DNA from: an uncultured Chloroflexia bacterium
GTDB lineage: Bacteria; Chloroflexota; Limnocylindria; Limnocylindrales; CSP1-4
Length of the DNA stretch: 64,000 nucleotides
Assembly: GCA_963833225.1 (NCBI GenBank)
Contig: CAWHXD010000017.1
Span: forward strand, 320,001-384,000
Reading direction: 5' to 3'
This document shows positions 59,318 to 64,000 of this stretch, one piece after another. The position numbers and the translations under genes were made by a program. The notes beneath the pieces are model-generated. The model ran no database searches. It worked only from the letters and a program-made list of their open reading frames with translations, and was not told where the DNA came from. Each line of letters opens with the position of its first letter. Within the stretch, counting starts at the first letter, position 1.

Positions 59318-60768
59318 GCCTCCGGACGCGGCTCGTCGCCACGCTCGCGGTCACGCTCGCGCTCGCGCTCGTCCTGGCCGGTGCGCTGATCCTGGGGCTC
59401 ACCCGGGCCAGCCTCGTGGAGCGGATCGACCACGAGCTGTTGACGATCGCCGGCGCCGCGACCAACCTCGACCGTCTCGCCCAGCTGGCCGACTCCAGCT
59501 CGGATGCCGGCCGGCGCCTGGCGGTGCTGCGCCTGGACCGGCGGGGCAACGTCATCCGCGCGTTCCCCTCGGGGTTCGCGAGCGATCCCGACCCCCTCCC
59601 GGCCCTGCCGGTCTACCCCGGGGGCATCCCCGACCAGGCGTTCGGGGTCATCGCGGAGCGGCCGTCCGTCGATGGCGGCATGGAGTACCGGGTGCTCATG
59701 GAGCGGGGGCCACGAGACCTCGCGATCATCGCCATCGCCGCCCCGACGACATCCGTCGAGGCGGCCGAGCGCGCGCTGGTCCGGGTGATGCTGGTCGTCG
59801 GCGGGCTCGCGATGGGAGCGCTGCTGCTCGTCTCGTGGGCCGTGATCCGGCATGGGCTCCTGCCGCTGGAGCGGATGACCCGCACGGCCGAGGAGATCGC
59901 CGCCGGCGACCTCTCGCATCGGGCCGGCGTGCCGCATGACGGAAGCGAGGTCGGGCGCATGGGGGCGGCCTTCGACAGCATGCTGGACCAGATCGAGGGG
60001 TCGTTCGCCCAGCAGCAGACCGCGCTCGAGCAGATGGAACGGAGCGAGACCCGCTTGCGCCGGTTCGCCGCCGACGCCTCGCACGAGCTGCGCACCCCGC
60101 TCACCGCGGTCCGCGGCTACGCCGACCTGTATCGGGCCGGGGGCCTGACCGATCCGGAGGCGCTCGCGACGGCGATGGACCGGATCGGGACCGAGAGCCG
60201 GCGGATGTCGACCCTCGTGGACGACCTGCTGCTCCTCGCCCGCCTGGACCAGGGTCGTCCGGTCCGTCGGGTGCCGGTGGACCTGTCCAGGATCGCCGCG
60301 GACGCCGTGGCCGACCTGCGGGCCATCGAGCCCGCCCGGCCCGTCGTGGGGGCGATCGAACCGGGCGTCGTGGTGGCGGGTGATGACGATCGCCTGCGCC
60401 AGGTCGTGGGCAACCTCGTCGCCAACGTGCGGGTCCACGCCGGACCCGAGACCCCGATGGAGCTGAGCCTGCGGTCGATCGACGGTGAGGCGGAGCTGCG
60501 GGTCGTGGACCACGGACCCGGCATCGACCCCGAGCACGCGGCCCAGGTGTTCGACCGCTTCTATCGGGCCGACGTCGGGCGCTCCCGCGAGCGAGGCGGG
60601 ACGGGACTCGGGCTGTCGATCGTCGCGTCCCTGGTGGACGCGCACGGCGGGCGGCTGTGGCACGAGGCGACGCCAGGCGGCGGGGCCACATTCGTGGTGC
60701 GCCTGGGCATCACAGCAGGTTCACAGCCGGTACCCGGCGGGCGTACAGTCGACGAGTCAACGCTGTGA
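59314..60768 (+). CDS. HAMP sensor histidine kinase
   Basis: Two TM segments, HAMP, H-box ASHELRTPL, N/G boxes DHGPG and GGTGLGL. Confidence 0.95.
   Translation: MSLRTRLVATLAVTLALALVLAGALILGLTRASLVERIDHELLTIAGAATNLDRLAQLADSSSDAGRRLAVLRLDRRGNVIRAFPSGFASDPDPLPALPVYPGGIPDQAFGVIAERPSVDGGMEYRVLMERGPRDLAIIAIAAPTTSVEAAERALVRVMLVVGGLAMGALLLVSWAVIRHGLLPLERMTRTAEEIAAGDLSHRAGVPHDGSEVGRMGAAFDSMLDQIEGSFAQQQTALEQMERSETRLRRFAADASHELRTPLTAVRGYADLYRAGGLTDPEALATAMDRIGTESRRMSTLVDDLLLLARLDQGRPVRRVPVDLSRIAADAVADLRAIEPARPVVGAIEPGVVVAGDDDRLRQVVGNLVANVRVHAGPETPMELSLRSIDGEAELRVVDHGPGIDPEHAAQVFDRFYRADVGRSRERGGTGLGLSIVASLVDAHGGRLWHEATPGGGATFVVRLGITAGSQPVPGGRTVDESTL
60709..60737 (+). promoter_or_regulatory. Second set of tandem TCACAG boxes, upstream of the secreted protein gene
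   Basis: ATCACAG / TTCACAG / TACCCGG with 11-bp period, inside the kinase 3' end. Confidence 0.55.
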
Positions 60769-60817
60769 CTGCGATCCCGCCGTCGGCAATCGACGCGCCG
60801 CTCACCGGAGGCAACCC

Positions 60818-61435
60818 GTGAAGCTCAACAGGAACACCGTCGTCATCCCGCTCGTTGCTCTCATGCTCGTGGGAGCCGCAGGTGCGGTGCTGGCGACCAC
60901 CGGCAGCCCCACGGCCCCGGAGGCCCAGGCGCCGGCTGCGGCGACCCCGACACCCGCACCGTCCTCGGGAGCGGCGACCAAGCCCGCCATCGGGGACGAC
61001 GTCCTCACCAGCGTCCTCGACGACCTGGTGGCCAAGGGGACCATCACCAAGGCCCAGAAGACGGCGATCCTCGACGGTCTGACCGCCGAACGGACGGCTC
61101 GGCAGGAAGCCCGCAAGGCGGCCCTGGACAAGGCCATGGCGGACCGCCAGCAGATCCGGGATTTCCTCTCGGATGGCGTGATCACCAAGGAGGAGTTCGC
61201 GCAACTCCCGGCCGACAGCCCGCTGCGCCAGCTCACCACCCTGATGGACGACGGCCAGATCACCACCGATGAGCTCAAGACGCTCGGCCGCGGCTTCCTC
61301 GGCGGGGGCGGGCTGTTCCCCGGCGCCGGTCACGGCCACGGCTTCCGCGGGCCCGGCGGCTTCGGCGGGTTCGGCGGCGGACGCGGCTGGGACAACGGTG
61401 CGGCCCCCAGCGCCTCGCCGACGACGGCCGGCTGA
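60818..61435 (+). CDS. Secreted helical protein with Gly/His-rich tail
   Basis: Signal peptide; repeated LVAKGTIT / LSDGVIT / MDDGQIT motifs; GGAGG RBS. Confidence 0.75.
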   Translation: MKLNRNTVVIPLVALMLVGAAGAVLATTGSPTAPEAQAPAAATPTPAPSSGAATKPAIGDDVLTSVLDDLVAKGTITKAQKTAILDGLTAERTARQEARKAALDKAMADRQQIRDFLSDGVITKEEFAQLPADSPLRQLTTLMDDGQITTDELKTLGRGFLGGGGLFPGAGHGHGFRGPGGFGGFGGGRGWDNGAAPSASPTTAG

Positions 61436-61464
61436 CCGCCGCTCGCTCCATCTCGCGGACCTCG

Positions 61465-61492
61465 ACGCCCGCCGGCACGTGCCGGCGGGCGT
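61465..61492 (+). terminator. Perfect 28-bp palindrome after the secreted protein gene
   Basis: ACGCCCGCCGGCAC|GTGCCGGCGGGCGT. Confidence 0.55.
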
Positions 61493-61905
61493 TGTGCTGC
61501 CCTGCGGCGGCGCGGCGGGTGGGCGCGGCGGGTGGGCGCGGCGGGCGCGGCGGCGCGGCGGCGTGGCGGGAATGACCCCGATCGCCCGCCCTCCACCGGG
61601 GACCCAACCGGCCCGCGTATCACCACCGCTGATCAATCCGGGCAATGTCGGCACCGCGTGCCGAGGGAAGCGCCCACGGCATCACCACCGCTGATGAATC
61701 CGACGATATCTGGCGCCCGGAGGGTCGCCCAGGCCGTCCGTCGGCCGCGATTCCGACCCGGAACCGCGGCCGACGCGACGAACAACCGCCAATGGTCACC
61801 ACTGGTGATCTCCCAGCCGCCCGGGCCCTAGTCCGTTGCGTTTTGGTTGCGGGCCACGGCGCCCCTTGACGCCAGCCCCACCGCTCCGGCAACATCCACT
61901 TCCTG

Positions 61906-61992
61906 ATGGCTTACACCACTGTCGCTTGGCTGATGTGCATGCGTGGGCGGCCCCGTCGTTCGGAGGACGGGCGCCGAGGTTCCCCGCGCTGA
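61906..61992 (+). CDS. Putative leader peptide MAYTTVAWLMCMRGRPRRSEDGRRGSPR
   Basis: 28-aa ORF after TTGACG-N18-CAACAT; Met-Cys-Met codons; followed by a terminator before metY. Confidence 0.55.
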   Translation: MAYTTVAWLMCMRGRPRRSEDGRRGSPR

Positions 61993-62006
61993 TCGTCAGC
62001 GAGTGA

Positions 62007-63504
<1,498 letters not shown>

Positions 63505-63512
63505 GCGCCGCC

Positions 63513-64000
63513 ATGGCGTCGGACGGCACGATCCGCCCGGGGAGCAACGGCTCCCCGGGATCAGCGTCCCCGGCAACCAGCCACGCTGCCCGGCCCCCGC
63601 TCGGGACCGGGCGGCTGGAATCCGTCGACCTCGGGGCGGTCAGCCTCGATGCCGGCAGCACCCTGCCCGTGTCACTCGCCTACCGCCACGACGGTCCCGG
63701 GCCCACGGCGCCCCAGGTCCTCGTCATCCATGCCCTCACCGGTTCGGCCGACGCCGCCGGCGACTGGTGGGCGCCGGTCATCGGGCCCGGACGCGCCCTC
63801 GACACGAACCGGGTGGGCGTACTGTGCGCCAACCTGCTCGGAGGCCGGTACGGCTCCACGGGCCCAACCAGCGTCGACCCGTCGACGGGTGCGCCGTACG
63901 GTGACGCATTCCCAGCGATCTCCGCGCGCGACGAGGCCCGGGTCCTGTGGGCGCTCGCGGACCAGCTGGGCATCGATCGCTTCGCGCTGGTGGCCGGCGG
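63513..64000 (+). CDS. metX: Homoserine O-acetyltransferase (3'-truncated)
   Basis: VIHALTGSADA.GDWW..IGPG.ALDT...NLLGG.YGSTGP; absent from the ORF track because it runs off the window. Confidence 0.9.
   Translation, partial: MASDGTIRPGSNGSPGSASPATSHAARPPLGTGRLESVDLGAVSLDAGSTLPVSLAYRHDGPGPTAPQVLVIHALTGSADAAGDWWAPVIGPGRALDTNRVGVLCANLLGGRYGSTGPTSVDPSTGAPYGDAFPAISARDEARVLWALADQLGIDRFALVAG

Overview
GC-rich bacterial chromosomal window with no mobile elements or CRISPR-Cas. Gene style suggests Chloroflexota (possibly Limnocylindria) or an actinobacterium-like lineage; this is inference. Left to right: pspA end; DUF1611 + enolase-family epimerase; tRNA-Glu(CTC); hydrolase; DUF1015; a 13.6-kb ABC/MoxR/DUF58/VWA operon; a Tat protein, lipoprotein and sortase; SufR-like regulator; add; lipA; a 2-oxoacid dehydrogenase operon interrupted by a membrane protein; zinc-ribbon protein; glpD, nnrE, mutY; AmmeMemoRadiSam trio; LLM oxidoreductase; a heme operon (HTH regulator-hemA-hemCD-hemB-hemL-hemE-hemH-radical SAM-hemY); glycosyltransferase; TPP-riboswitch ABC genes; hydrolases; YhdH; an OmpR two-component system; metY-metX. 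Seven +1 frameshifts in six conserved genes are most likely sequencing errors. Best novelty candidates: (1) the heme operon, with no chdC but an AhbD-like enzyme, a Xis/MerR-HTH regulator preceded by 9-bp direct repeats, DosR-like boxes and a Cys-Pro insert in HemA; (2) a putative Met-Cys-Met leader-peptide attenuator upstream of metY-metX; (3) the uncharacterised MoxR-VWA envelope operon with a (GQ)23 protein; (4) regularly spaced intergenic repeat arrays.
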